Assembly (NCBI GenBank): GCA_964016885.1
Contig: OZ024760.1
Location: 15,562,001 to 15,626,000, forward strand
Length of the DNA: 64,000 nt
From: Eledone cirrhosa
Taxonomy: Eukaryota
Reading direction: 5' to 3'
The notes below the pieces were generated by a model that worked only from the letters and a program-made list of their open reading frames with translations, was not told where the DNA came from and did no database searches. Position 1 is the stretch's first letter; the number at the start of each line of letters is the position of its first letter. Shown here in pieces: positions 1-13,384 of the stretch. The position numbers and the translations under genes were made by a program.

Positions 1-256
1 CTATGTACAAAATTATACAAAATTATACAAATTATCAAGATTAAATATACATACCAACACATATATACGCCGTCTTCAGAAATAATATAAGGAATTGTTT
101 ATTCATTATTTGTTTAATATTTTATCTTGACTCTGTATACCGTTTATCTTTCACCGAAAGTGATTTTTCATTACATCTCTTCTTTCCATGATATCCGGAA
201 TACATTGAGTTCTTCATACGGATTGGACACTACCGTAAACTCTTGGTAGATTTATC

Positions 257-315
<59 letters not shown>

Positions 316-371
316 TATATATGGAAATGTGTGTGTGTAAACTTAATAGCTAGAATATAATATACACTTAC

Positions 372-421
372 TTAAAGCTTAGATTTGTTAAGACCACATT
401 AGTTTTGAGAATCATTTTCGC
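372..421 (-). CDS. SEA-domain mucin, exon (AKMILKTNVVLTNLSF), phase 0-2; gene continues beyond the left edge
   Basis: tttcag acceptor and gtaagt donor; 50 bp; frame continues from exon 1333-1445; resembles the SEA-domain strand preceding the GSV-type motif. Confidence 0.7.
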
Positions 422-985
422 CTGAAAATACAATGAAAATATATAAGAAAGTCTTTGTTGTGACAGAATCACAGAAATTCATATAGAGATTATAGAGGTA
501 AAGACCCCCTTTGGTCTGGAATGATCTTGGGATTTGCTCCTAGAAAGTTGCCCTCCGAGGCACAAGTCTGGGCAAGGTTGTTTGTGGAAGACCAACAGTC
601 ATCCATGTATACCTGTCTCTCCTCTTGACGCCAATTGGAAAGACCAATGGAAACATTGTTTCCTCGGTTCGATTTGACCTAAGTTGATTGACTGTCGATT
701 ATTTATGAACTTTTAACATTTAAACCGGCTGTATCCAGCTCTACTTCTCTCACCTCTGTTTGTTCAAATGACTGTAACTGGCCACTCATACTGACGTTAA
801 GGTATTGTTCTCAAAATAAATAACATCAAAATCTCATTGATATGATATTATGTGAGATAATTATGTAAGATAAAGTGTTTACAATGAAAATATAATAGTA
901 TATATAGAGGAATGCAAATGCTAAGGGGTTAATAAAGGCGGTGGATTGGCAGTATCGGTAAAGTATCAAAGACCATGCTATAGAG

Positions 986-1315
986 CAGTGTTTCCCAATG
1001 TGGGCGTTAGCGCCTCCTTGTGGGCGCTGTTGTGTCGAAAGGGAGCGCTGGGAGTTTTTATTTCATTTGGAGGGCAATGAATATACTCAGGTGGGCGGTG
1101 AGCATTTTTCCATTTTTTTCTTTTAAATTTTCAAAATTTAAAAAAACACTTTTTCCACTTTATCGTCACCAAGCAAATTCCTGGCACCACATTCATTCAT
1201 GTGTAACTGGTGTCGCTAAAGTGGAAACAGTGTTTCTTAAATTTGACAGTGGGGCGTTGACAAAAAGATTTGCGCCCAAAGGGGGCGCTGGCTGAAAAAA
1301 GGTTGGGAAACACTG
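986..1315. mobile_element. hAT (Charlie-like) MITE with 8-bp TSD
   Basis: TIR CAGTGTTTCCCAA...TTGGGAAACACTG; TSD CTATAGAG at 978-985 and 1316-1323. Confidence 0.9.
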
Positions 1316-1332
1316 CTATAGAGCTTACTTAC

Positions 1333-1445
1333 ATTTCGTTTCAGTTCATCTTTTAAGCTAAGATATGCAGCTGAAGTTTTAATTAAGTAATTTGTCTTCC
1401 AGGGTCGTTCAATTCTGAGCATTAAGTCTAAACTTTGTAATGGTG
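1333..1445 (-). CDS. SEA-domain mucin, exon encoding the SEA N-terminal part (APLQSLDLMLRIERPWKTNYLIKTSAAYLSLKDELKRN)
   Basis: tttcag acceptor and gtaagt donor; phase 1-0; L.I...W...L....S..Y..L pattern typical of a SEA domain start. Confidence 0.75.
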
Positions 1446-1734
1446 CTGAAATATGAGAAAACAGTCTAATCAAACATCTAGGTTATATCAATTTGTATGT
1501 GTCTGTGTTTGTGTGTGTCTGTGTCTGTCTGTGTGTGCCTGTATTTGTGTGTTTGTGTGTGAGTGTGTCTGTATTTGTGTGTCTCTGTGTTTGTGTGTCT
1601 CTGTGTTTGTGTGTCTGTGTGTTTGTGTGTCTGTGTGTTTGTGTGTCTGTGTGTTTGTGTGTGTTTGTGTCTGTATTCATTAAATTAAAATCGCCAATTA
1701 ACTTAAAATCAGAGATTATCGTGAACTGCAGCCA

Positions 1735-1794
<60 letters not shown>

Positions 1795-2027
1795 GGTATA
1801 CAAGGAGGCAATTCACTTCTAGCGCTCAACGCCATAATACTTCCAAAGAATAGGGATGACGGAGTATATTAATAAAGATGAAAATGCAAAGTTGAAGGTG
1901 TTAGAGTCCTTTATTAATTGAGCTGTTATATATATTTCAATGACAATAAACATCGTGATCTCTGCAGACAGAAAAAATTGATTAAAAGGTAACATTTCTG
2001 ACGCAGTTTTATGTTGAGGCAATTTTT

Positions 2028-2078
2028 GCTGCCTGAAGAGATCACGATGTTTGTCGTCATTGAAATATGTATAACGGC
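2028..2078 (+). ncRNA. Minimal type-I hammerhead ribozyme motif; inverted partner at 1922-1972 (-)
   Basis: GCUGC-CUGAAGA-stem II-GAAA-UAUGUA-UA/ACGGC; the partner has core CUGCAGA, stem III UAUAUA and a downstream AAUAAA. Confidence 0.7.
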
Positions 2079-2140
2079 TCAATTAAGGCCCTAACACCTT
2101 CAACTTTGGTTTTTCATTTTTATTAATATATATATATATA

Positions 2141-2475
2141 TCATCATCATCATTTTACGTCCGCTTTTCCCTGCTTGCAAGGGTGGGACGGGAACTGATT
2201 CTGGTTTGATTTCTACAGCTGGATGCCCTTCCTAACACCAACCTCATTTACAGTGAGTGCTGGGTGCTTTTTTGCCGTGGCACCTGCACGACCACTTTGC
2301 AGTGGAATGATAGGGAACCCAGTCCCTATCATCTCATTTCTACAGCTGAGTAAACTGGAGCAATGTGAAATAAAGTGTCTTGCTCAAGGAAACAACACAT
2401 CACCCGGTCTGAGAATTGAACTCACAACCTTTCGATTGCAAGGCCAATGCTCTAACCACTAAGCCATATGCCTCC
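2141..2475 (-). mobile_element. tRNA-derived SINE family A (also 17240-17564 -, 20003-20283 +, 19835-19989 -, 47105-47267 -, 12302-12585 +, 52915-53145 +, 60345-61206 +, 62634-62752 +)
   Basis: A box TGGCTTAGTGG, B box GAGTTCAATTC, body CCTTGAGCAAGACACTTTATTTCAC, GGAAGGGCATCCAGC and (GAT)n tail. Confidence 0.9.
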
Positions 2476-2565
<90 letters not shown>

Positions 2566-2827
2566 TTTTGAATGGCAGCAGTTCATATATATATATGCAG
2601 AAGGTTCAGTAAGTCCAAAGAAAACTGGTGAGAGTACCCAAGTCAGTACTCAATGCAGAGCAGAGTGTATATAATGGTTTCTTATATAGAGAAACCATTA
2701 TATACACGTTGTTCTGCATCGAGTGTATATAATAACAGAGTAAAGTAGAGGTGTTACATGAGACTTAATGCTCCATCTTTGTTACAAATGTTGTGATAAC
2801 ACTGGTCTAAGGATTAGGCAGTTTTAG

Positions 2828-2896
2828 AATCTGGTTGTCTGGAGTGTCAATCTGGATCACGAGCCAGCTGTTGGGGAAACATTTGTAACCGAGATT
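2828..2896 (+). ncRNA. Degenerate hammerhead-like motif
   Basis: AAUCUGGU pairs with ACCGAGAUU; core CUGGAGU; stem II present; GAAACAUUUGUA; AATAAA at 2901. Confidence 0.35.
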
Positions 2897-2943
2897 GAAC
2901 AATAAATCTCTTATGTTACACTTCCACTTTGTTCTTATATATA

Positions 2944-2989
<46 letters not shown>

Positions 2990-3004
2990 TATATATATAT
3001 AATA

Positions 3005-3208
3005 AGAAAATGTTTGACCCCGGCGGCAGAGCTCAAGCCATTTTGACGGCTATTTCTGGACTCAGAAAATTTGGGATGTGACCATCTTAGCGACCTGTGC
3101 AACATGCACAGAAAATTTGGTCAAATTCGGTTGGTAATTGTAAAAGCCTTAGGTATCCAAAGTTGTACACAGACACACACACATCCTCGCTTTTATATAT
3201 ATAAAGAT
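3005..3208 (-). mobile_element. Non-autonomous Helitron/Helentron-like element; its end motif recurs at 17072, 27733, 33714-33812 (inverted pair) and 36245
   Basis: 5' ATCTTTATATATATAAAAGC; shared GACCCCGACGGCAGAGCTCAAGCCGTTTCGACGGCTA hairpin motif. Confidence 0.5.
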
Positions 3209-3216
3209 ATATATAT

Positions 3217-3257
<41 letters not shown>

Positions 3258-3478
3258 CCCAACTCTGCATCTCCCCATGCATCAAGTACTCCCATGTTTA
3301 GAGGTCTCCTCGCCATCAGCACCGTAGACCCCCCCCCTCTCTCTATATATATATATATATATGTAATCCTTATCGAGCCCTCTTTGGATTTTAGTCTTAC
3401 TATATATATATATATGTGTGTGTGTATATATATATATATGTGTGTGTATGTGTGTGTGTATATATATGTGTGTGTGTG

Positions 3479-3597
<119 letters not shown>

Positions 3598-3693
3598 ATA
3601 TAGGCGTGTGTGTGGATATATATATATATATATATGCGTGTGAGTGTGTGTGTGTGTGTAGTTATAAATATAGGAGTCCGAAATTCATCTTAC

Positions 3694-3975
3694 CAGGAGT
3701 TGATTTTATTGTTGTTGTTGGTTGTGTTGTTGTTGTTGGTTGTGTTGTTGTTGTTGGTTGTGTTGTTGGTTGTGTTGTTGTTGTTGGTTGTGTTGTTGGT
3801 TGTGTTGTTGTTGTTGGTTGTGTTGTTGGTTGTGTTGTTGTTGGTTGTGTTGTTGTTGTTGGTTGTGTTGTTGTTGTTGGTTGTGTTGTTGGTTGTGTTG
3901 TTGTTGGTGGTTGTGTTAAACTCTCTGTAGTAGTTCTAGTAGTTTCTGTTGGAATGCTGGTTAATGAAGATAACT
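3694..3975 (-). CDS. Mucin exon, Thr/Gln/Pro-rich (ELSSLTSIPTETTRTTTESL-(TQPTT)n-IKSTP); not in the ORF track
   Basis: ttaacag acceptor, gtaag donor; 282 bp, symmetric phase 1; open frame through the (GTT)-type repeat. Confidence 0.8.
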
Positions 3976-5875
3976 CTGTTAATGAAAATATAATATGTAA
4001 TTAACATGAAATACATAATTACATGTTAATCAGACATGAAGATTCAGTAAAGTCTTCTAATCAATTAACTAGTTTGTAATCCCAACTCTTTCATTGTTAT
4101 ATTTATACTGTAAAACACTGCCTATGATTTTTCCCTAATTTTTAATATAATCAAAACATTTAGAGGGATTTTGAAACAAAGTTTCTTACATAAAATCATT
4201 GTGAAAGTTTTAGAACATAACTTAACAAAGGTTCTTACATAAAATGAACAGCTTAGTATTGTTCTAACTTTTAAATGAACAGCTTAGTATTGTAGAGCTA
4301 AAGACAGTTTCAGCGAGTTAAACTAGTGTTTGGAACATAACTTAACAAAGGTTCTTACATAAAATGGTAAGAGAACTGTTTTTAGATGAATATAAACACT
4401 TTAAATCAAATAATTTTGTATGATAGGACCAGGGACAGTTTTAAATGGTTTGCTATCAAAAAGGATAAAATGGCTTTAGGAACATGACTTAACAAAGGTT
4501 CTTACGTAGAATTATGATGGGAGTTTTTTTTAGATAAATATAAACTTTTTAAATCAGACAGCTTTGTATCATAGAATAGTTTAGTATCAAAAGGGTCAAA
4601 GCAATAATTATTGGAAAACTTTGCATAATAATGTTATAGGTTAACAAATTTTCAGGTTTGTGAATATGTTGAAGGTAAATAAGAATGTTTAGGTTTAACA
4701 AGGGTTCTCAATGAAAAGCATGCATAAAATTATTTAAATCTAACAAATATTTTCAAGGTTTAAAAACATGGTTAGGGTTAGCAAAAAAGTTAAGAGATAA
4801 TGAAAGTATTTAATCCTTTCATCAACATATTTATAATATCATACAATCTGTTACAATTAACATTAATCCTTTTATTAGTGATATAGTAACTTAACACATG
4901 GTTGTAATATAAAATTATGATGGAAAATTTGAATTTAAATTGGAACCCTTTAAAAGTTCCTCTGTATAGTTTTATTTGTAACATATTTATCCATTGTTTT
5001 TGATTTTTCTTTACTTTTCATAATTCCAGATATGAATCAGTAATATTTATTTATTTTCAGAGTTAACCCATTAGCATTTAAACCGGCTGTAACTGGCCAG
5101 AATTCTCTCACCTCTTTCTGCTCAAACTGGCCATAACTTGCTACTCATACTAATGTTAAGGTATGGTTCTCAAAATAAATAATATCAAAATTTCATAGAT
5201 TCGATATTATGTGAGATATAATGTGAGATAAAGCTTTTACTGCAGAAATACAATAGTATATATAGAGTAATGTGAATGCTAAAGGGTTATAGCATGGTTT
5301 AGACAGAATGATATTAACCCAGGTAGAGCAACATGGCCCTTCGCTAGGCGTTTAAGTATTTTCATTTCCCTCTAGCGCTTCAATCATATAAGTGTCAACA
5401 AAAAAAAAATTAACAGATACCTATACCCTGTAGAGCTCTTGTTCCTACAGGGCCCAGATTCTTGCAAGGACTGAGTCTTTTGGAGCTCTATTTCCTGCAA
5501 GTACCCTGTCTTGTGGAGCTCTAGTTCCTGCAAGACCCCAATCCCTGCAGAGCCCCTAATCCATGTGGCGCTCTTGTCCTTGCAGGGACCTAGTTCCTAC
5601 AAGACCCCTAGTTTCTGTGGAAGTCGAGTCCCTGCAAGGCTACTGTCCCTGTGGGGCCCTGGTTCTTTTGAGACCACTAGTCCACAGCCTAGTGCCAACA
5701 GTACCCTAATTCCTGTGAGGTTTTAGTCATTATAGGGCCTCTAAATATCAACATAGTCAGTCTGGGGTTAGTTTGTTTTACTATAGTTATTTGTATAATT
5801 GGATCAGTACTAGTTTAGTTGTATAGGTTTTGTTATTTTATTATTATTTTTTTAGTTTTTTGTTTTTACATATAC

Positions 5876-8800
5876 CATAAGTGCTCTTCTTGTTGGTCAG
5901 TACATTACTTGTTGTGGTCTTCATTGGGGGGAGGTTACTCTGAGTCAGTTCTGTAGTGATTTCACTGACACCAATGTCACTAGTCAGAATAGTCGGACTA
6001 ATATATGTTTTTGTCGGCGTAATGGGCTTTTTGGTACTAAAGTCTGTTATTGGAGGTGTAACAAGGTCTGTGGTACTAATGACTGTTACTGGAGGTGTGA
6101 CAGGGTCTGTGGTACTGATGACTGTTACTGGAGGTGTGACAAGCTCTGTGGTACTAATGTCTGTTTCTGTTGGTGTGACAGGGTCTGTGGTACTAACGAC
6201 TGTTACTGGAGGTGTGACAGGATCGGTGGTACTATCTGTTTCTGTAGGTGTGACAAGGTCTGTGGTACTAATGACTGTTTCTGTGGGTGTGACAAGGTCT
6301 GTCGTACTAACGACTGTTACTGGAGGTGTGACAGGGTCTGTGGTACTAATGTCTGTTTCTGTGGGTGTGACAGGATCTGTGGTACTAATGACTGTTTCTG
6401 TAGGTGTGACAGGATCTGTGGTACTAATGTCTGTTACTGTAGGTGTGACAGGGTCTGTGGTACTAATGTCTGTTTCTGTGGGTGTGACAGGATCTGTGGT
6501 ACTAATGTCTGTTTCTGTAGGTGTGACAGGATCTGTGGTACTAATGTCTGTTTCTGTAGGTGTGACAGGGTCTGTGGTACTAATGTCTGTTTCTGTGGGT
6601 GTGACAGGATCTGTGGTACTAATGACTGTTTCTGTAGGTGTGACAGGATCTGTGGTACTAATGTCTGTTTCTGTAGGTGTGACAGGGTCTGTGGTACTAA
6701 TGTCTGTTTCTGTGGGTGTGACAGGATCTGTGGTACTAATGTCTGTTTCTGTGGGTGTGACAGGATCTGTGGTACTAATGTCTGTTTCTGTAGGTGTGAC
6801 AGGATCTGTGGTACTAATGTCTGTTTCTGTGGGTGTGACAGGATCTGTGGTGCTAATGTCTGTTTCTGTGGGTGTGACAGGATCTGTGGTACTAATGTCT
6901 GTTTCTGTAGGTGTGACAGGATCTGTGGTACTAATGACTGTTTCTGTAGGTGTGACAGGGTCTGTGGTACTAATGTCTGTTTCTGTGGGTGTGACAGGAT
7001 CTGTGGTACTAATGTCTGTTTCCGTAGGTGTTACAGGGTCTGTGGTACTAATGTCTGTTTCTGTGGGTGTGACAGGATCTGTGGTACTAATGTCTGTTTC
7101 TGTGGGTGTGACAGGATCTGTGGTACTAATGTCTGTTTCTGTAGGTGTGACAGGATCTGTGGTACTAATGTCTGTTTCTGTGGGTGTGACAGGATATGTG
7201 GTGCTAATGTCTGTTTCTATGGGTGTGACAGGATCTGTGGTACTAATGTCTGTTTCTGTAGGTGTGACAGGATCTGTGGTACTAATGACTGTTTCTGTAG
7301 GTGTGACAGGATCTGTGGTACTAATGTCTGTTTCTGTAGGTGTGACAGGGTCTGTGGTACTAATGTCTGTTTCTGTGGGTGTGGCAGGATCTGTGGTACT
7401 AATGTCTGTTTCTGTGGGTGTGACAGGATCTGTGGTACTAATGTCTGTTTCTGTGGGTGTGACAGGATCTGTGGTACTAATGTCTGTTTCTGTAGGTGTG
7501 ACAGGATCTGTGGTACTAATGTCTGTTTCTGTAGGTGTGACAGGGTCTGTGGTACTAATGTCTGTTTCTGTAGGTGTGACAGGATCTGTAGTACTAATGT
7601 CTGTTTCTGTAGGTGTGACAGGGTCTGTGGTACTAATGTCTGTTTCTGTAGGTGTGACAGGATCTGTAGTACTAATGTCTGTTTCTGTAGGTGTGACAGG
7701 GTCTGTGGTACTAATGTCTGTTTCTGTAGGTGTGACAGGATCTGTGGTACTAATGTCTGTTTCTGTAGGTGTGACAGGATTTGTGGTACTAATGTCTGTT
7801 TCTGTAGGTGTGACAGTATCTGTGGTACTAATGTCTGTTTCTGTAGGTGTGACAGGGTCTGTGGTACTAATGTCTGTTTCTGTAGGTGTGACAGGATCTG
7901 TGGTACTAATGTCTGTTTCTGTGGGTGTGACAGGATCTGTGGTACTAATGTCTGTTTCTGTAGGTGTGACAGGATCTGTGGTACTAATGTCTGTTTCTGT
8001 AGGTGTGACAGGATCTGTGGTACTAATGTCTGTTTCTGTAGGTGTGACAGGATCTGTGGTACTAATGTCTGTTTCTGTGGGTGTGACAGGATCTGTGGTA
8101 CTAATGTCTGTTTCTGTAGGTGTGACAGGATCTGTGGTACTAATGTCTGTTTCTGTAGGTGTGACAGGATCTGTGGTACTAATGTCTGTTTCTGTAGGTG
8201 TGACAGGGTCTGTGGTACGAACGACTGTTACTGGAGGTGTGACAGTATCTGTGGTACTAATGTCTGTTTCTGTAGGTGTGACAGGGTCTGTGGTACTAAT
8301 GTCTGTTTCTGTAGGTGTGACAGGATCTGTAGTACTAATGTCTGTTTCTGTAGGTGTGACAGGATCTGTGGTACTAATGTCTGTTTCTGTGGGTGTGACA
8401 GGATCTGTGGTACTAATGTCTGTTTCTGTGGGTGTGACAGGATCTGTGGTACTAATGTCTGTTTCTGTAGGTGTGACAGGATCTGTGGTACTAATGTCTG
8501 TTTCTGTAGGTGTGACAGGATCTGTGGTACTAATGTCTGTTTCTGTGGGTGTGACAGGATCTGTGGTACTAATGTCTGTTTCTGTGGGTGTGACAGGATC
8601 TGTGGTACTAATGTCTGTTTCTGTGGGTGTGACAGGATTTGTGGTACTAATGTCTGTTTCTGTAGGTGTGACAGGATCTGTGGTACTAATGTCTGTTTCT
8701 GTGGGTGTGACAGGATCTGTGGTACTAATGTCTGTTTCTGTGGGTGTGACAGGATCTGTAGTACTAATGTCTGTTTCTGTAGATGTGACAAGGTCTGTGG

Positions 8801-10714
8801 TACTAATGTCTGTTTCTGTAGATGTGACAGGATTTGTGGTACTAATGTCTGTTTCTGTAGGTGTGACAGGATCTGTGGTACTAATGTCTGTTTCTGTGGG
8901 TGTGACAGGATCTGTGGTACTAATGTCTGTTTCTGTGGGTGTGACAGGATCTGTAGTACTAATGTCTGTTTCTGTAGATGTGACAAGGTCTGTGGTACTA
9001 ATGTCTGTTTCTGTAGATGTGACAGGATCTGTGGTACTAATGTCTGTTTCTGTGGGTGTGACAGGATTTGTGGTACTAATGTCTGTTTCTGTAGGTGTGA
9101 CAGGATCTGTGGTACTAATGTCTGTTTCTGTAGGTGTGACAGGATTTGTGGTACTAATGTCTGTTTCTGTAGGTGTGACAGGATCTGTGGTACTAATGTC
9201 TGTTTCTGTAGGTGTGACAGGGTTTGTGGTACTAATGTCTGTTTCTGTAGGTGTGACAGGATCTGTGGTACTAATGTCTGTTTCTGTAGGTGTGACAGGG
9301 TTTGTGGTACTAATGACTGTTTCTGTAGGTGTGACAGTATCTGTGGTACTAATGTCTGTTTCTGTAGGTGTGACAGGGTTTGTGGTACTAATGACTGTTT
9401 CTGTAGGTGTGACAGGATCTGTGGTACTAATGTCTGTTTCTGTAGATGTGACAGGATTTGTGGTACTAATGTCTGTTTCTGTAGGTGTGACAGTATCTGT
9501 GGTACTAATGTCTGTTTCTGTAGGTGTGACAGGATCTGTAGTACTAATGTCTGTTTCTGTGGGTGTGACAAGGTCTGTGGTACTAATGTCTGTTTCTGTA
9601 GGTGTGACAGGATCTGTGGTACTAATGTCTGTTTCTGTGGGTGTGACAGGATCTGTGGTACTAATGTCTGTTTCTGTAGGTGTGACAGGATCTGTGGTAC
9701 TAATGTCTGTTTCTGTGGGTGTGACAGGATCTGTGGTACTAATGTCTGTTTCTGTGGGTGTTGTTGCTATTAGTGTTGCTCCATCAATTGGTTCATCTGT
9801 TGTCAATATTGCTATTGAAATTACCGCCTCCCTAGAGTTAGAATCAGAGCTAATTTCCTGCATTATACTAGTGGTTGTAGACCCTGAACTATCATCTATA
9901 TCTATCATAGATTTTGTCATGGCAGCAGTCTTCTCACCTGAGCCACTCTTAGTTTCCTCCCTCTCATCAATGCTTATAAAACCCAAAGTGTCATTAATAA
10001 TACTTTGGGATGTAGTATTGATGTGTATTGGATTGAAACTATTATAAATTGTATTCTTATCATTATCAATACTATTTTTTTCAGTTGTAATAATACCAGC
10101 AATAGTAGAAATATTCTGACCTGTAATTTCATCATTGGTTGTTTGGTCATTTTGTCCGCCGAGACCACTCCCAGTTGTCACATTGTTTGAGGTGTTGGGT
10201 GTAGAATGGGTTGTAACCTCTGTAGTTGGAGCTGAAGAAATGTTGTAAGTTGCAGTTGACAGTGTTACCATATTTGATATAGGTTCGGTTGTTGGCTCAC
10301 TGGAAAATGTAACATCAGAAGTGTATCCACTGCCTGAGATTGAGTCTAAAGAAGCTTGCTCTATGGACGTGTTCAGATACGTCACAGATGTTGGGTACAT
10401 TGCAAGACTATCTGTCACATATTCTGTTGTGATAATATTTTGCTGTGTTACTTCCACAGTTACTGCATCAGCTGTAGTATTTGTAATGTTTTTTATCACA
10501 TCCGAACCTGTATTATTCTTTGCTAATTCTGTCACTTTGTTTCTGTCTGTTGTTCCGGATGTATTTGATGTAGTTTTATTTTCTATAATATCACCATATG
10601 ATGAATTGCTTTGCTGTCTCACTGTCGAGCTATTGTCATTAAATATAGTAGTATTGGTAATGTCAGAAATAGTAGTGATGTCAAGTCCACTGGTGACGGT
10701 GCCATAGATGTTTC
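5876..10714 (-). CDS. Giant mucin PTS exon (4839 bp, 1613 codons) with ~95 copies of PTETDISTTDPVT
   Basis: ttacag acceptor at 10715, gtatat donor at 5875; symmetric phase 1; ORF 5844-10739; Thr/Ser-rich with many N-x-S/T sequons in the N-terminal part. Confidence 0.9.
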
Positions 10715-13138
10715 CTGTAAGTGATTTTAAGTAATACAATAGAAATTAATTATTTCTTCAAATCCAAGACATATACAACAATTAAACAAACATAATACAT
10801 TATTACTTAGTAGGTTTTCTGACAAATATTTATTTTTAAATCTGAAAAGCAGAGATTACAAATAAACAAAGTTTCATTCAAGTGAATCCTCCAGGTATGC
10901 ACATTTACATTCACACACAAATAAGTAGCACACATGCATACAGATGCACATGTATACACACACACAGACATATACACATATATACATACATACATCATCA
11001 TCATAATCGACATCATTGTTTTAACATCCACTTTCCCTGCTAGCAAGGGTTGGATGGGTCCATACAGACTAAGCCAGTGCTGAAGCAAAGCCACTGATCT
11101 CCCAGGCAGGCCAAGGATCTGTGTCTTGCTTATATACAGTCTCACATTCCACTTAGTGCTCAGGAGAGGTTGTCATGCCGTTGACACAACTAAGGATCCT
11201 CCCAACCCTTTGTTTGGCAAGCTTTCTATGGCTGGATGCCCTTCTTATCACTAACCACCTTACAGTGTGTACTAGGTGTGTTTATCGTTTAAATCACCAA
11301 CACTAGGGATGTTGCCATGTCGTTCACATGACTGAAGGGTCCTCCTGACATTTTTGTTTGTTTGGCAAGCTCTCCATAGCTGAATGCCCTTCCTATAACC
11401 AACCACTTCATTGAAGTAATTGAGGTCACATTGTATGCTGCAGGTCGGGTCTTCTTCAGCACTACATAACATATATATGCTTCCTGAGATTCGCCGACAC
11501 TACACTTGATATTCCCCCTCCATACACACACATGTGTATATCATGACTCATACACTATTCACTTCCCTGACATTTGTATATTATTCTATGTACTATACAT
11601 GCATCTTTGACGAGTTGCAGTGTACCTGAATTGCTTGCACATGCTCAAGCTTAGCTGATTTCTTATGAAGTTATATCTCATAGGTGGTTTCTTGTGTGTT
11701 TTAATGGTAGGGGCTCCATGAAATGAAGCATCTTGCTCAAGAGCTATGTGCCACACAGTCCAAAAATGGAACCCACTATCTTATGGTCTTGAGTCCAACA
11801 CTGTAACTAACAGATCACATGCTTAGGCTATTGAAGTATTGATTTCTACCATAGGCATAAAGCCTCAAACTTGACAGATGTTGTATCAGACCTGCCAACC
11901 TCTAAAAACACAAACGGGGAGTACCATGGAAAAAAAAATGGCTCTAAAACGGAGAAATAAGGCAAAATGGGAAGATTTTACATAGTAAAAGCTATACCCA
12001 TTTTCACAAGAGAAGACATCTCTCACCCACCCCAAGGTGGGTGGGAGATCTCCCTGTCGGACGGGGAGAGTTGACAAGTCTGTTGTATAGTTGATAAAGT
12101 TAGACCCCATAGTATGACAGGTACTTTATTTTATTGACCCTCCTCTTTCACCAAAAGAATGAAAGCAAAGCTGACCTTGATGGTATATTTGAATTCATAT
12201 GTAAAAATGTTAGAAACTAAATACCACAATGTGTACCAAACCATTGCTATGAGGAGACAAAAAATATATTTGCTTACTTCAATAACAATAACCTAATGAA
12301 AGCAGGTAGCCTAGTGGTTAGAGTGTTGGACTTATGATCATGTCATTAGTTCAATCCCTGGTATGGGGTTGTGTGTTGTGTTCTTGAGTAAAACACTTCA
12401 TTTGACATTGCTCCAGTATACTCAGCTGAAAACGGGTACCAACTGTAGCTGGGGATTTTAAGCTTGCGATGGACTGGAGTCCTGTCCAGAGAGGAAGTGA
12501 CAGCTCTTGCACTCTCAGTCGTTTAACACCAAGGAAACCAGGATACGTACTGACTTGATGAGTCTCTGGGTTTGAGATAGACTTTAGGCTTATAAACATT
12601 AACCCTTTATCATTTAAACCAACCATTTCTGGCCAAAATTCTCTTGCATCTTTCTGTTGAAACTGGCTGTAATCAGCCTCTCATACTTATGTTAAGCTAT
12701 ACTTCTCTCACCTCTGTTTGTTCAAACTGGCTGTAACTGGCCACTCATACTTATGTTAAGGTATTGTTCTCAAAATAAATAACATGAAAATCTCATAGAT
12801 TCAATATTATGTGAGATAAAGCCTTTATCGTGAAAATATAATAGTATATATAGAGTAATGTAAACGCTAAAGGGTTAAACTGGCCATATCTGACCAGAAT
12901 TCTCTCACCTCTTTCTGTTCAAACCGGCTGTAACCAGCCTCTCATACTTATGTTAAGGTATTGTTCTCGAAATAAATAACATCAAAATCTCATAGATTCA
13001 ATATTATGTGAGATACTATGTGAGATAAAGCCTTTATCGTCAAAATACAATAGTAAATATAGAGTTATGTAAATGCTAAAGGGTTAAAGATGGAAAAAAA
13101 AGATTTGAAAGAAGTGTAAACAAAATTTGATGTACAAG

Positions 13139-13212
13139 CCTTGCATAATTATAACAAAATGAAGCCAGATCTGAAGAACCAGTGAAGGCGAAACTTGACG
13201 AAATGAACACAT
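13139..13212 (-). CDS. Candidate first coding exon of the mucin, signal-peptide-like (MCSFRQVSPSLVLQIWLHFVIIMQG)
   Basis: Strong polypyrimidine acceptor at 13232; ATG about 20 nt in; hydrophobic stretch; the phase-1 junction needs a GC donor (CAAG/gcttgt), so it is uncertain; coordinates approximate. Confidence 0.45.
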
Positions 13213-13384
13213 TCTTTAACTCCTCTGATCCCTAAAAGAAAAAAAAGACAAAACTAAATTATTTTAAAAAATTAAATAAGAATATAAAAATTAGGAAATT
13301 GTTATAAAATTAGGAAATTGTAGTTAATTTTTAACGTCTTGTACTACATAAAACGCCATTAGCAAGGCATTCCTGTAAAGTAAA

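Noticed and set aside
415-450. CTGAAAA...GAAA hammerhead-like spacing
   Set aside because: It is the polypyrimidine tract and acceptor of the mucin exon on the other strand
5956-10047. 1363-aa plus-strand ORF (and ORF 8228-9571) over the mucin repeat
   Set aside because: Antisense or alternative-frame shadows of a stop-free 39-bp repeat; splice sites support only the Thr-rich minus frame
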